A stretch of 32,000 nucleotides of DNA from Alkanindiges illinoisensis DSM 15370 (lineage in GTDB: Bacteria > Pseudomonadota > Gammaproteobacteria > Pseudomonadales > Moraxellaceae). Where the stretch lies: assembly GCF_000619845.1 (NCBI RefSeq), contig NZ_JHUX01000003.1, forward strand, positions 790,064 through 822,063, written 5' to 3'. The position numbers and the translations under genes were made by a program. Below the pieces are notes generated by a model that was given only the letters and a program-made list of their open reading frames with translations, did not search any database and was not told where the DNA came from. This document shows, one piece after another, positions 8,841 to 17,766 of this stretch (its first letter is position 1; every line of letters begins with the position of its first letter).

Positions 8841-10472
8841 ATGAAAAATGGTTTTCGTCAGTCAATGGCGTGGTTGCATACCTGGACTGGTCTGGTATTG
8901 GGCTGGGTATTATTTGCCATTTTTGCGACTGGAACGTCGGCTTACTTTAAAGAAGAAATCAGCCAGTGGATGACACCTGAGCTTCAGTTGCAGCCAGTGT
9001 CTAACCAGCAGGCGGCTCTGGTGGCATTAAACAGCATGCAGAAGCTGGCACCTGATGCCAAAAGCTGGTACATCACCTTGCCAGATCAGCGCCAGCAAAC
9101 CATCAATGTCTACTGGAGCAGTGATAAAGGCTATGATAACGCCAACCTAAATCCGCAAACCGGGGAGAAAGTTGCTGCGCGTGATACCCGGGGCGGTGAG
9201 TTTTTTTACCGTTTTCATTTTGAGCTGTTTGGGTTTCCAGTGCTGATTGGCCGCATTATTGTAGGCATTGCGGCCATGCTCATGTTTATGGCACTCATTA
9301 CTGGCGTGATTACCCATAAAAAAATTATTGCCGATTTTTTTACTTTTCGCCCGCGCAAGGGCCAGCGTTCTTGGCTGGATTTTCATAATGTAAGCTCGGT
9401 CATGTCGCTGCCGTTTTTTATCATGATTACCTACACTGGGCTGGCGATTTTTTTCTATATTTATATGCCATGGGGCATGGTGGCCAAATACGGCAATGAG
9501 CGTAACCAGTTTTTTGATGAAATGAATCGTAGTGCAATGATGCCAGAAGCAACCGGTAAACCGGAATCAATGCTGGCATTTGACAAGATGCTCAAACAGG
9601 CAGATCAAGCTCTTCAAGGACAGAAAATTGCACGCATTGAAATGAGCGCGCCTAACGATCAAAGTGCAACAGTGAGCTTTGTGCCTGCGGTAGAAAGTTC
9701 ATTGAATATCCGTGTTCCCGGTATCCAGATGAATGCCATTAATGGCACGTTGTTGTCATCCGGTCAGTCACAAAGTGCCATGGCAGTGGCTGCGGGCACG
9801 GTATATGGATTGCACATGGCGCATGTGGCGGACTGGCCGATGCGCTGGTTGCTGTTTTGTTCCGGTATTCTGGGCTGCTGTATGATTGGCTCGGGTATGG
9901 TGTTATGGACAGTCAAGCGCCGCATGCAACAGCAAAAAACTGGCAAATTTCATGTTGGGCATTATCTGGTTGAACGGTTTAATGTGGCGGCCATTGTGGG
10001 TTTACCGACTGCCATGGCCAGTTACTTTATGGCGAATCGCCTGATTAATGCCCAGCTGGAAAACCGTGCTGATCTGGAAATCCGGGTTTTCTTTATCATC
10101 TGGCTAAGCCTGCTGATTCATGCCTTGTTACGCCCATGGGCTAAGGCATGGAAAGAACAGCTATTTATTGCCGGACTGGTTTTTGCTGCAATACCAGTGA
10201 TTAATCTGGTGATAACGCCCCAAGCCAGTTTGTTAGCTACAGTTATTAATCAGCAATGGTCACTGGCCGGGTTTGATTTAACCATGCTGGTGTTTGCTGC
10301 TTTATTCTGGATGATGCTGGGCTATCTGATTAAAAATCAGGATCAGGTGGTGGCCAGAATGCAGCAAAAAATTGAGCGGCGTGCAGAATCCCGCCAGCAG
10401 GCTGCTGCCTTAAAGCTGGCACAGCAACCACTCACGCCACCGCAAATGATAAAAGAAGAGAGCGGGATATGA
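8841..10472 (+). CDS. PepSY-associated TM-helix protein (PiuB-like, putative ferric-siderophore reductase)
   Basis: 543 aa. N-terminal RQSMAWLHTWTGLVLGWVLF, then FYRFHFEL and FHNVSS motifs, with multiple TM helices. It starts 4 nt after the upstream stop. Confidence 0.85.
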   Translation: MKNGFRQSMAWLHTWTGLVLGWVLFAIFATGTSAYFKEEISQWMTPELQLQPVSNQQAALVALNSMQKLAPDAKSWYITLPDQRQQTINVYWSSDKGYDNANLNPQTGEKVAARDTRGGEFFYRFHFELFGFPVLIGRIIVGIAAMLMFMALITGVITHKKIIADFFTFRPRKGQRSWLDFHNVSSVMSLPFFIMITYTGLAIFFYIYMPWGMVAKYGNERNQFFDEMNRSAMMPEATGKPESMLAFDKMLKQADQALQGQKIARIEMSAPNDQSATVSFVPAVESSLNIRVPGIQMNAINGTLLSSGQSQSAMAVAAGTVYGLHMAHVADWPMRWLLFCSGILGCCMIGSGMVLWTVKRRMQQQKTGKFHVGHYLVERFNVAAIVGLPTAMASYFMANRLINAQLENRADLEIRVFFIIWLSLLIHALLRPWAKAWKEQLFIAGLVFAAIPVINLVITPQASLLATVINQQWSLAGFDLTMLVFAALFWMMLGYLIKNQDQVVARMQQKIERRAESRQQAAALKLAQQPLTPPQMIKEESGI

Positions 10473-10873
10473 TGATTGCTTCGCTGGCATTTGCGTATAG
10501 TGGTTTTGCCCTACTGTGTGCTACGACGCGTCGGCATTCTGTCAACAGCCATTTTATGAAACGCCTCTTTCATAAAAGTCATATTCATAAAAGTCACACT
10601 GTCAAAAACAGCCACCCGGTATTTGCAGTATGGCCAGTCAAGCCCGCTATTTTACTGCTGCGATTGGCTGGATTAATCCTGATCAGCCTGGCGCTGGTGT
10701 ATTGCATGTCCACATGGGGCTTCACGGTTGGTATTTCAGCAGGTTGGCTAGTGCTGGCAATGGCAGCCTATCTGGTGGTATTAACAGCCACCTATTTACC
10801 TAAAAAACTGACTCAAGGTGCGCTCATCGGTTTACTCATTGCACTGGTTGCTACGGGAATCACGTTGTCCTGA
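10469..10873 (+). CDS. DUF3325-like membrane protein
   Basis: 134 aa. ATGA start/stop overlap with the PepSY gene indicates translational coupling. The N-terminal LAFAYSGFALLCATTRRH pattern and the gene order are typical of DUF3325. Confidence 0.7.
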   Translation: MMIASLAFAYSGFALLCATTRRHSVNSHFMKRLFHKSHIHKSHTVKNSHPVFAVWPVKPAILLLRLAGLILISLALVYCMSTWGFTVGISAGWLVLAMAAYLVVLTATYLPKKLTQGALIGLLIALVATGITLS

Positions 10874-11580
10874 ACTGCTGATGAAATTAACTGGCGTGCC
10901 GTTCCCGTCAGGATTTTCAGGCAGTTATTGACCATTTGTTCAATACTGTAAGGATAGCCTTGCAGCATCCAGCCCGTTGCTGTGGTAATAATTGAGCCAA
11001 CCAGTGCTGTGCCTACAATTTCTTCATCCTGTGGTTCAATACGGATGTCGGGTTCAATGGCACGGATAATTTGGGTTACCAGCAGCGAAAATTCACGGGT
11101 ATTTTCAATGTATTTCTGATCCACCGTTGGGCTCATACCCAATACTTCTATCAGGGTAATACGGGCAAATACCGGATTTTGTACTTCGGTAAAATAAAGG
11201 CTCAACGCCAGACGTGCCAAATCAGTTTGTTTGGCAAGGTTTTGCTCCTTAGTTTGCTCGGCGCCGTTCTGTGGACGTGTATGTAATTTAATTAATGCGA
11301 GTAGCCGGGTTTTAAAATCCAGAGTCAGGTAATCCAGCACTGCCAGAAAAAGATTTTCTGTACTGCAAAACGACTCATAGAAATAGCGTTCGGTCAGGCC
11401 TGCTTCACTACATAAGGCGCGCAAGGTAGCGCTACGGTAGCCGTTTGTGCCAATAATTTTTATACCGGCTTCAATAAAGCGCATTTTTCTTTCAGTTTTA
11501 CGGGTAGTTAGATCGATACCCGCATAAATCCGTTTTTCCAATTTTATTTTACCTTCTGTCAGAATTACGTTTGACAGCAC
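10813..11580 (-). CDS. TetR/AcrR family transcriptional regulator
   Basis: HTH region: TRKTERKMRFIEAGIKIIGTNGYRSATLRALCSEAGLTERYFYESF. The start is ambiguous: GTG 11580, TTG 11541 or ATG 11484. The 3' end overlaps the convergent DUF3325 gene by 61 nt. Confidence 0.85.
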   Translation of the reverse strand: MLSNVILTEGKIKLEKRIYAGIDLTTRKTERKMRFIEAGIKIIGTNGYRSATLRALCSEAGLTERYFYESFCSTENLFLAVLDYLTLDFKTRLLALIKLHTRPQNGAEQTKEQNLAKQTDLARLALSLYFTEVQNPVFARITLIEVLGMSPTVDQKYIENTREFSLLVTQIIRAIEPDIRIEPQDEEIVGTALVGSIITTATGWMLQGYPYSIEQMVNNCLKILTGTARQLISSAVQDNVIPVATSAMSKPMSAP

Positions 11581-11609
11581 CCGATGTCAGATGTAAAGTG
11601 GCGCCCATT

Positions 11610-11640
11610 CAAATTATGTAAACTAGTTCATATTAATTTG
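11610..11640. promoter_or_regulatory. imperfect palindrome in the TetR/SDR divergent intergenic region (candidate operator)
   Basis: A perfect 8-bp palindrome AACTAGTT (11621-11628) is flanked by CAAATTA (11610-11616) and TAATTTG (11634-11640). The two symmetry centres are offset by half a base. Confidence 0.3.
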
Positions 11641-11753
11641 TAGGAAACTGATTTATTTCCTAATTAATGGTGGATTCTACTTCATTATTCACAAAGTTTT
11701 TGAATAAAACCAAAAATTACTTCAAAAACTTTAAATTATTGTCCTGGGTAACA

Positions 11754-12632
11754 ATGATGAAAAAAATAGCACTAATTACGGGCGCAAATTCTGGCATTGG
11801 GTTGGCCACCGCGCTTGATCTGGTTCGTACGGGGGTTACGGTATGTCTGGCTTGCCGCAATATGTCAAAAGCCGAGGCAGCACGTCAGCAGATTTTGCAG
11901 GCTGTACCTACGGCAACCGTAGAGCTATATCAACTGGACTTGGCTTCGTTTGACTCTATTCATCAAATGGTTGCGGCTTTTAAGCAGAACCATAAGTGTC
12001 TGGATGTTCTGATTAATAATGCAGGCATTGCCCCTCTTAATCAGCAATTTACCCAGGACGGTTTCGAGTTGCAGTTTGGGGTTAATTATCTGGGCGCATT
12101 TTTGCTCACCCATTTGTTGCTACCACTACTGGAAGCAGCTGTGCCAGTCAGTGGTGAAGCACGCATTATTCACGTGGCCTCCATTGCCCATATGCTGGGC
12201 CAGCTCAATGAAGCCTCATTTTGCGGTAAAACGCCTTATAGCCCTGCGAGCGCATATGCGCAGTCCAAGCTATGCAACCTGATGTTTAATTTTGCACTGG
12301 CGCGCCGCCTGCCTAAAGGGGTAACTACACAGGCTTTCCATCCGGGCGGTGTGGATTCTGAAATCTGGCGCGATTTGCCACGTCTGGTGTATTTGCTGTT
12401 GCGCCTGTTTTTGATTAGCCCCGAACGTGCGGGCATTATGGCAGTCGATTTAGCCGTAGGTTCTGCCCATAAGGGTGAAACTGGGGGATACTATTCGGTG
12501 CAGTGGCCGCGTCCCATTAGCCGTATTGCGCGTGATATTCAAAAGCAGGACTGGCTTTATGATAAAAGCTGTGAGCTGGCTGGCATTGACGGCATAAAAG
12601 CAGCGATGTATCAGGAAATGGTATTGTCGTAA
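11754..12632 (+). CDS. short-chain dehydrogenase/reductase (classical SDR)
   Basis: MMKKIALITGANSGIGLATA (TGxxxGxG), NNAG, and an intact YAQSK (YxxxK). I place the start at ATG 11754. The track's 11667 adds 29 Lys/Asn/Phe-rich codons from the AT-rich intergenic region. Confidence 0.85.
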   Translation: MMKKIALITGANSGIGLATALDLVRTGVTVCLACRNMSKAEAARQQILQAVPTATVELYQLDLASFDSIHQMVAAFKQNHKCLDVLINNAGIAPLNQQFTQDGFELQFGVNYLGAFLLTHLLLPLLEAAVPVSGEARIIHVASIAHMLGQLNEASFCGKTPYSPASAYAQSKLCNLMFNFALARRLPKGVTTQAFHPGGVDSEIWRDLPRLVYLLLRLFLISPERAGIMAVDLAVGSAHKGETGGYYSVQWPRPISRIARDIQKQDWLYDKSCELAGIDGIKAAMYQEMVLS

Positions 12633-12843
12633 TCCGACACTGCATTCGATTGATGTTAGCCAGCAAAGCAATGTTTTATCATTCTGTTGGCAAGCATGTT
12701 TGTAGTGCTTAAAGTTGATTAAAGAATTGGTAATTTTCATTTAGACCAACGCTGTTTTCTTAATAAAAGGATAAGCGTTGGTTTTATAAAAAAATGGTTG
12801 GCAAAATCTTTAATTAAACGAATCTAAACCAAAACAACCTGAG

Positions 12844-13479
12844 CTATAAGAAATAGCTGGTCTTGGTCATGGTTTTGGAAATCAGCGACATGGCACCTTG
12901 CACGGGTTTAGGCAATTCACGGCCACCAGCAGCCAGCGCGGTTTCCCGGTGATGCAATTCATCTTCATTCATTTGCTCCAGAATAGCCCGGCTGCGGTCA
13001 TCATTTTCCGGAAGCTGGCTTAAGTGGGAGGCCAGATGCGCGCTTACCTGTTTTTCAGTTTCTGCCACAAAACCCAGACTATATTCATCTCCAGCAAGAC
13101 CAGCCAATGCGCCTATGCTGTAAGACAGCCCATACCACAACGGATTAAGCAAACTGGGATAACTGTCCAGTTCACGTAAACGCTGTTCACACCAGGCCAG
13201 ATGATCCTGTTCCTCACGTGCGGCCTGTTGCATTTCCTGTTTGACACGGGGCAGGCGGGCAGTAAGAGCCTGTCCCTGATACAATGCCTGCGCGCACACT
13301 TCGCCACTATGGTTGACCCGCATCAGGCCAGCCACATGCCGCGCCTGATTGACCGTTAAGGTACTATGCGCTTGTTGTCCAGGAGCCGGGCGCTCAGCCA
13401 CTGTAGAACCGGGTACCAGACTGCGTAGAGCCTGATCAAAAGAATCAATCAGATGGTCAGAAAAACGATAGTGGCGCAT
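12844..13479 (-). CDS. coq7: demethoxyubiquinone hydroxylase Coq7 (di-iron carboxylate)
   Basis: 211 aa. [38 protein letters not shown] and EEQDHLAW / NEDELHH (ExxH di-iron motifs) match bacterial Coq7. Confidence 0.9.
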   Translation of the reverse strand: MRHYRFSDHLIDSFDQALRSLVPGSTVAERPAPGQQAHSTLTVNQARHVAGLMRVNHSGEVCAQALYQGQALTARLPRVKQEMQQAAREEQDHLAWCEQRLRELDSYPSLLNPLWYGLSYSIGALAGLAGDEYSLGFVAETEKQVSAHLASHLSQLPENDDRSRAILEQMNEDELHHRETALAAGGRELPKPVQGAMSLISKTMTKTSYFL

Positions 13480-13518
13480 GGGCTTTCTCTTTTTAAAAAC
13501 AGGATAGTGCAGGTAAAA

Positions 13519-14844
13519 TCAGCTAGATGGCTTCATGGTATTGCCAGAAGAATCCGTAGGCAACCGGCGTAATTTATTTAAAACAAAATAACATACCAGT
13601 GCATTCAATAGTGCTGTAAACAAAAACAGGATGGCCAGCGATAAATGCAGCAAGCTTAACACCACAATGGAAATTACGGCTGACACCACCATAAACAGGG
13701 CATTTAAAATATTATTGGCGGCAATAATGCGCGCACGGTGGGTTTCTGGCGACTGTTCCTGCATGTAGGCATATAAAGGCACAATATAAAAGCCACCACT
13801 CAGGCCCAGCATCACAATGTCAAACATCACCCGCCAGTAGGCAAATTCTGCAAAAAGCTGGGTAATCCCTAACAGTTCTCTGCTTACCGTAGGCAGACTA
13901 CCCAGGGCAAAAAACAGGTCGGTTGCAAACAGGGTAAGACCCGCAGCACCAATAGGCACCAGCTTCAGGCTCACATTGGCACCAGACAGGCGACGGCACA
14001 GCAATGAGCCAATGCCAACACCGATTGAAAACAGGGTTAACAAGAGTGATACCACAGTTTCGCCACCATGCAGGTTTTGCTGGGTGAGCTGTGGAATCTG
14101 GGTGAGGTAGGTTGCCCCATAAAACCAGAACCATGAAATTCCAATAATGGCATAAAATACCGGTGGCACACGCCAGCTATATTTAAGCGTTTTAATACTG
14201 GTGGCCAGAAAATTCCAGTTTACTTTAAGGTCTGGCGCATTTAGGGGCTGCGCCAGAATAAAGCGTGCTGAGAGAAAACCTGCAATTGCAATGGTCAGTA
14301 CCGTCAGGCTCACCCAGAGCAGGTTGCCATCCGAATTAGCCATGACTACGCCGCCAATAATCATGCCCAGCAGGATGGCCAGTGAGGTGCCCGTCTGGAA
14401 TAGCGCATTACCACTCATCAGTTCATTTGGCTTTAAGATTTGCGGCAAAATGGCATATTTAATAGGGCCAAAAAAGGTAGAGTGCGTTCCCATTAAAAAT
14501 AGCGCCAGCATTAATAGCCACAATTGATGAGTTAAAAATCCAATGGTAGCCAACAGCATAATGATAATTTCAGACAGTTTTAGCCAGCGCGTTAGCCAGG
14601 CTTTTTCATAACGGTCAGCCAACTGGCCCGCTGTGGCTGAAAACAGGAAATAAGGCAGGATAAACAATAGCGCTGCCATATTATTCAATGTACTCACATT
14701 GGCACTGCTGGTACTAACAATCTGGTAGGTAAAAACCAGCAACAGGCTTTGTTTGAATACATTATCATTAAGCGCCCCGAAAAACTGGGTCAGAAACATG
14801 GGCAGGAAGCGGCGGGTGGTAATTAACCCAAATTGACTGGCCAT
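13519..14844 (-). CDS. MFS transporter (LplT-like subfamily)
   Basis: 441 aa with about 12 hydrophobic segments. The N-terminal RRFLPMFLTQFFGALNDNVFKQ resembles lysophospholipid-transporter-type MFS proteins. Confidence 0.8.
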   Translation of the reverse strand: MASQFGLITTRRFLPMFLTQFFGALNDNVFKQSLLLVFTYQIVSTSSANVSTLNNMAALLFILPYFLFSATAGQLADRYEKAWLTRWLKLSEIIIMLLATIGFLTHQLWLLMLALFLMGTHSTFFGPIKYAILPQILKPNELMSGNALFQTGTSLAILLGMIIGGVVMANSDGNLLWVSLTVLTIAIAGFLSARFILAQPLNAPDLKVNWNFLATSIKTLKYSWRVPPVFYAIIGISWFWFYGATYLTQIPQLTQQNLHGGETVVSLLLTLFSIGVGIGSLLCRRLSGANVSLKLVPIGAAGLTLFATDLFFALGSLPTVSRELLGITQLFAEFAYWRVMFDIVMLGLSGGFYIVPLYAYMQEQSPETHRARIIAANNILNALFMVVSAVISIVVLSLLHLSLAILFLFTALLNALVCYFVLNKLRRLPTDSSGNTMKPSS

Positions 14845-15018
14845 AAAAAGGATTATTCTCCTGGAATTATTGTGTCAGCATTATTCATCATTGATGTGAC
14901 TAAAAAAGTTACTGTTGAGTTTGCATGTAAACAACATATCTATAAGCTCGGCTAGTGGCAAGTTGCTTTGTGTCTGTTTATTATTGAAGCTATAGATTTG
15001 TAACTGAACCACTTTTTT

Positions 15019-17748
15019 ATGTTTGAGAGCGGCATGCAGCAATCCCCAAACACACAACTAAAAACATTAGTCAAAGCCCTTCGTCTGGCCCTTTATCCAG
15101 CAGGATGTGGTGGAAACGGGTTTCGTCGTTACTGGCACATCAGTGCAGGACTAGTGTTGCTGGGATCCTCTGCATGGGCTGGTGCGGAACCAGGCATACC
15201 GGCAGTTCCGGTGACGGGCAGTGATGCCCTAGTAACGACACCATTGCCTGCCAGTAATGATCTACCATTAAATGATAACGTGGAACTGGCGCCGGTTGAT
15301 ATTACCGCCCTCATGCAGGAAGCGCAGCAGGCCAAACAGACAGCTGCCAGTGATGCTGGCCGGATTACTGCTCCCAGCACCAGCGCCAATGTTCCTGAAG
15401 AGGTAATTCAAAGTACCAATAATGAACTCATCGTTTCCAGTATTACCAATGGATTGGGCGGTGATAATGCCCCTGCACAGCCAGCACGGGATGTTGATCC
15501 GATTAATGAAATGGCCAGTGCTGAAGCAGAGCTTGAGCAAGCCCGTGAAGCGACCCAGATTTCTGCGGATAATGCTGACTTGACCCAGGGTAAAAAACCC
15601 GATCAGGTAATTACCGAGAATGCAGCAGCAATTGAAAATCCTGAAAAAGGTACAGAAGAAGCCCGTGAACAAAAAAAACCAAATATTTTCAAGCGGATCT
15701 GGTATCGCTTCTGGCCACCCAAGGGTGATCTGGGTGAATCCTTGCCCACCATTACCGCGAGGGTAGAAGGTGCACCACGGATTCTGGCCAACAATATTGA
15801 AGCCAAACTGGAACAATATACGGTTGAGGCATTTAGCGACTTTAGGGCTTCCTTGCCTCAATTGCGTAGTATGGCCCGGGAAGCCTCAGAGGCAGTGGGT
15901 TATTACAAGGCTGAATTTCGCTTTGAGCAGGTGAATTCAGAAACAGTCAGGGTGCTGGTTACGCCCAACGAACCGGTTATGGTACAAAGCCAGGATATCC
16001 GATTTGAGGGTGAAGCCAATGAAGACCGCACTTTTCAGGAAATCCGGGAAAAGTCCGACCTGAAAGTTGGCGACCAGATGAATGATGAACTGTATGAAAA
16101 AACCAAAGGCCGCATTGCAACCGCAGGCACTGAAAAAGGCTATTTTGATGGTTACTGGGTAATGCATGACGTTAAGGTCACCCTACCGGAAAATACCGCT
16201 GACATTAACCTGGACTATAACAGTGGAGAACGTTATAAGCTGGGCGCCGTTGAATTTAAAAACGCTAATCCTGATGAGCCCATTCCGCTTAAAGAGGAAG
16301 TGCTGCGAAAACTGGTTCCTTTTGATGAAAATGATGATTATGGTTCGTGGAAGGTCAATACCTTGTCACGTAATCTGTCGGATACGCGTTACTTTAATAA
16401 TGTGCAGGTTGATGTTGTTACTCCAGACCCAATCATTAAACCAATCGAATTGCCCGCCGATGCTGATGTCAACCAGCTTACCACCATGCAGCGTCAGTCA
16501 CTGGCCATCAATAATGAGAGTGGTGAACAGCAGACTGCAGAAAACACTGAAAATGCGCCTGCTGTGGATGAGTCACAGTTTGCAGGGGTTGCTGAAGGTG
16601 ATACTCCTCTGGAGCGCAGCGCCGAAGCCCAGCAAAAACTCTCTGAAGCTGAGCAGAGGGAAGCAGACCGTAAACAGGCGCAGGCTGAAGTCAGGGAAAG
16701 CAAAGTTATTCCCGTGGTAGTTACGGTCAATGCAGACAAGCCCAACAGTGCTGAAGTGGGGGTCGGGTATGGCACGGATACCGAATTCCGTTTGAGAAGC
16801 CAGTATCGTAAGGCACTGGTTAATTCGCGCGGGCATAGTCTGGAATCCAACCTGGAGCTGTCCAAGATCCGTCAGGCCATTGATGTGCGTTATAACCTGC
16901 CATATAAGCATCCGCTAGAAGATACGATCAGTATTTTCGGCGGTTATGAGAAAGAAGAGCGCAAGGATGTTGGCCGGGATCTGGGACTGGTGATCAATAC
17001 CGCCACTGTCGGGGTGGAGCGCGCCATCAAACCCAAGAATGGTGACTGGCAACATACCATCTCAGCACGTTACCGGCTGGATCAGCTTGAGCGCAACAAA
17101 GACAATATCAACCAGGCCGATTTGCCACCGCCCTTTAACCTGCAAAGCTCACGTTTTGAACAGGAAGCCTTGCTGTTTGGTTATGGCTTAAGCAAAACCT
17201 ATACCGTAGGCCGGTTAGATCCAACGCGGGCGTTCCGGCAGTTTTATCAGGTTGAAGTGGGCAGTAAAAAGTTGCTTACCGATGCAGACATGGCGATATT
17301 GCGCGGCGGCTGGCGCTTTATTTATTCATTTGGCGAAAATGATAACCATCAGTTTGTGGGACGTGCCGATGCCTCGACCATTGTGACTGATAATTTTGAA
17401 GACGTGCCCTATAACCTGCGATTCTTTGCAGGCGGTGACCAGAGTATTCGTGGCTATGACTACAAAAGCTTGTCTACCGAGAAAAATGGTTATCTGATTG
17501 GCGGGCAAAATCTTGCAGTCGGGTCACTGGAATATAATTATCAGTTTATTCCAAAATGGCGTGGGGCAGTATTTGTCGATGCTGGTAATGCTTTTGATAA
17601 GGATTTTAACGATCCTGTCAAAGTGGGTGCAGGTATTGGGGTGCGCTGGTCTTCACCAGTGGGGCCAATCCGGGTAGATGTGGGTGCAGGCGTATCGGAA
17701 AAAGAAATTCCTATCCGTCTTCATTTCTTTATTGGCCCGCAGTTGTAA
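15019..17748 (+). CDS. tamA: translocation and assembly module outer-membrane subunit TamA (Omp85/BamA family), unusually long (909 aa)
   Basis: Signal-peptide-like WHISAGLVLLGSSAWAGA. The C-terminal Omp85 barrel ends ..GVRWSSPVGPIRVDVGAGVSEKEIPIRLHFFIGPQL. It lies immediately upstream of tamB. The start could be 15019 or 15034. Confidence 0.85.
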   Translation: MFESGMQQSPNTQLKTLVKALRLALYPAGCGGNGFRRYWHISAGLVLLGSSAWAGAEPGIPAVPVTGSDALVTTPLPASNDLPLNDNVELAPVDITALMQEAQQAKQTAASDAGRITAPSTSANVPEEVIQSTNNELIVSSITNGLGGDNAPAQPARDVDPINEMASAEAELEQAREATQISADNADLTQGKKPDQVITENAAAIENPEKGTEEAREQKKPNIFKRIWYRFWPPKGDLGESLPTITARVEGAPRILANNIEAKLEQYTVEAFSDFRASLPQLRSMAREASEAVGYYKAEFRFEQVNSETVRVLVTPNEPVMVQSQDIRFEGEANEDRTFQEIREKSDLKVGDQMNDELYEKTKGRIATAGTEKGYFDGYWVMHDVKVTLPENTADINLDYNSGERYKLGAVEFKNANPDEPIPLKEEVLRKLVPFDENDDYGSWKVNTLSRNLSDTRYFNNVQVDVVTPDPIIKPIELPADADVNQLTTMQRQSLAINNESGEQQTAENTENAPAVDESQFAGVAEGDTPLERSAEAQQKLSEAEQREADRKQAQAEVRESKVIPVVVTVNADKPNSAEVGVGYGTDTEFRLRSQYRKALVNSRGHSLESNLELSKIRQAIDVRYNLPYKHPLEDTISIFGGYEKEERKDVGRDLGLVINTATVGVERAIKPKNGDWQHTISARYRLDQLERNKDNINQADLPPPFNLQSSRFEQEALLFGYGLSKTYTVGRLDPTRAFRQFYQVEVGSKKLLTDADMAILRGGWRFIYSFGENDNHQFVGRADASTIVTDNFEDVPYNLRFFAGGDQSIRGYDYKSLSTEKNGYLIGGQNLAVGSLEYNYQFIPKWRGAVFVDAGNAFDKDFNDPVKVGAGIGVRWSSPVGPIRVDVGAGVSEKEIPIRLHFFIGPQL

Positions 17749-17766
17749 GCTTGGAATTTTAAAAGA

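Noticed and set aside
11667-11753. N-terminal 29-codon extension of the SDR ORF
   Set aside because: It is a translation of AT-rich spacer, rich in Lys, Asn and Phe. The Rossmann TGxxxGxG motif follows directly after MMKK at 11754.
12745-12782. Hairpin ACCAACGC / GCGTTGGT between the SDR gene and coq7 as a bidirectional terminator
   Set aside because: The 22-nt loop is long for an intrinsic terminator and the flanking T and A runs are interrupted. Possible but unsupported.
15268-16720. Long shadow ORFs inside tamA (15268-15861 minus, 197 aa; 16166-16720 plus, 184 aa)
   Set aside because: They are fully embedded in the TamA frame, which has clear Omp85 homology. Their sequences are low-complexity and carry no motifs or translation signals.
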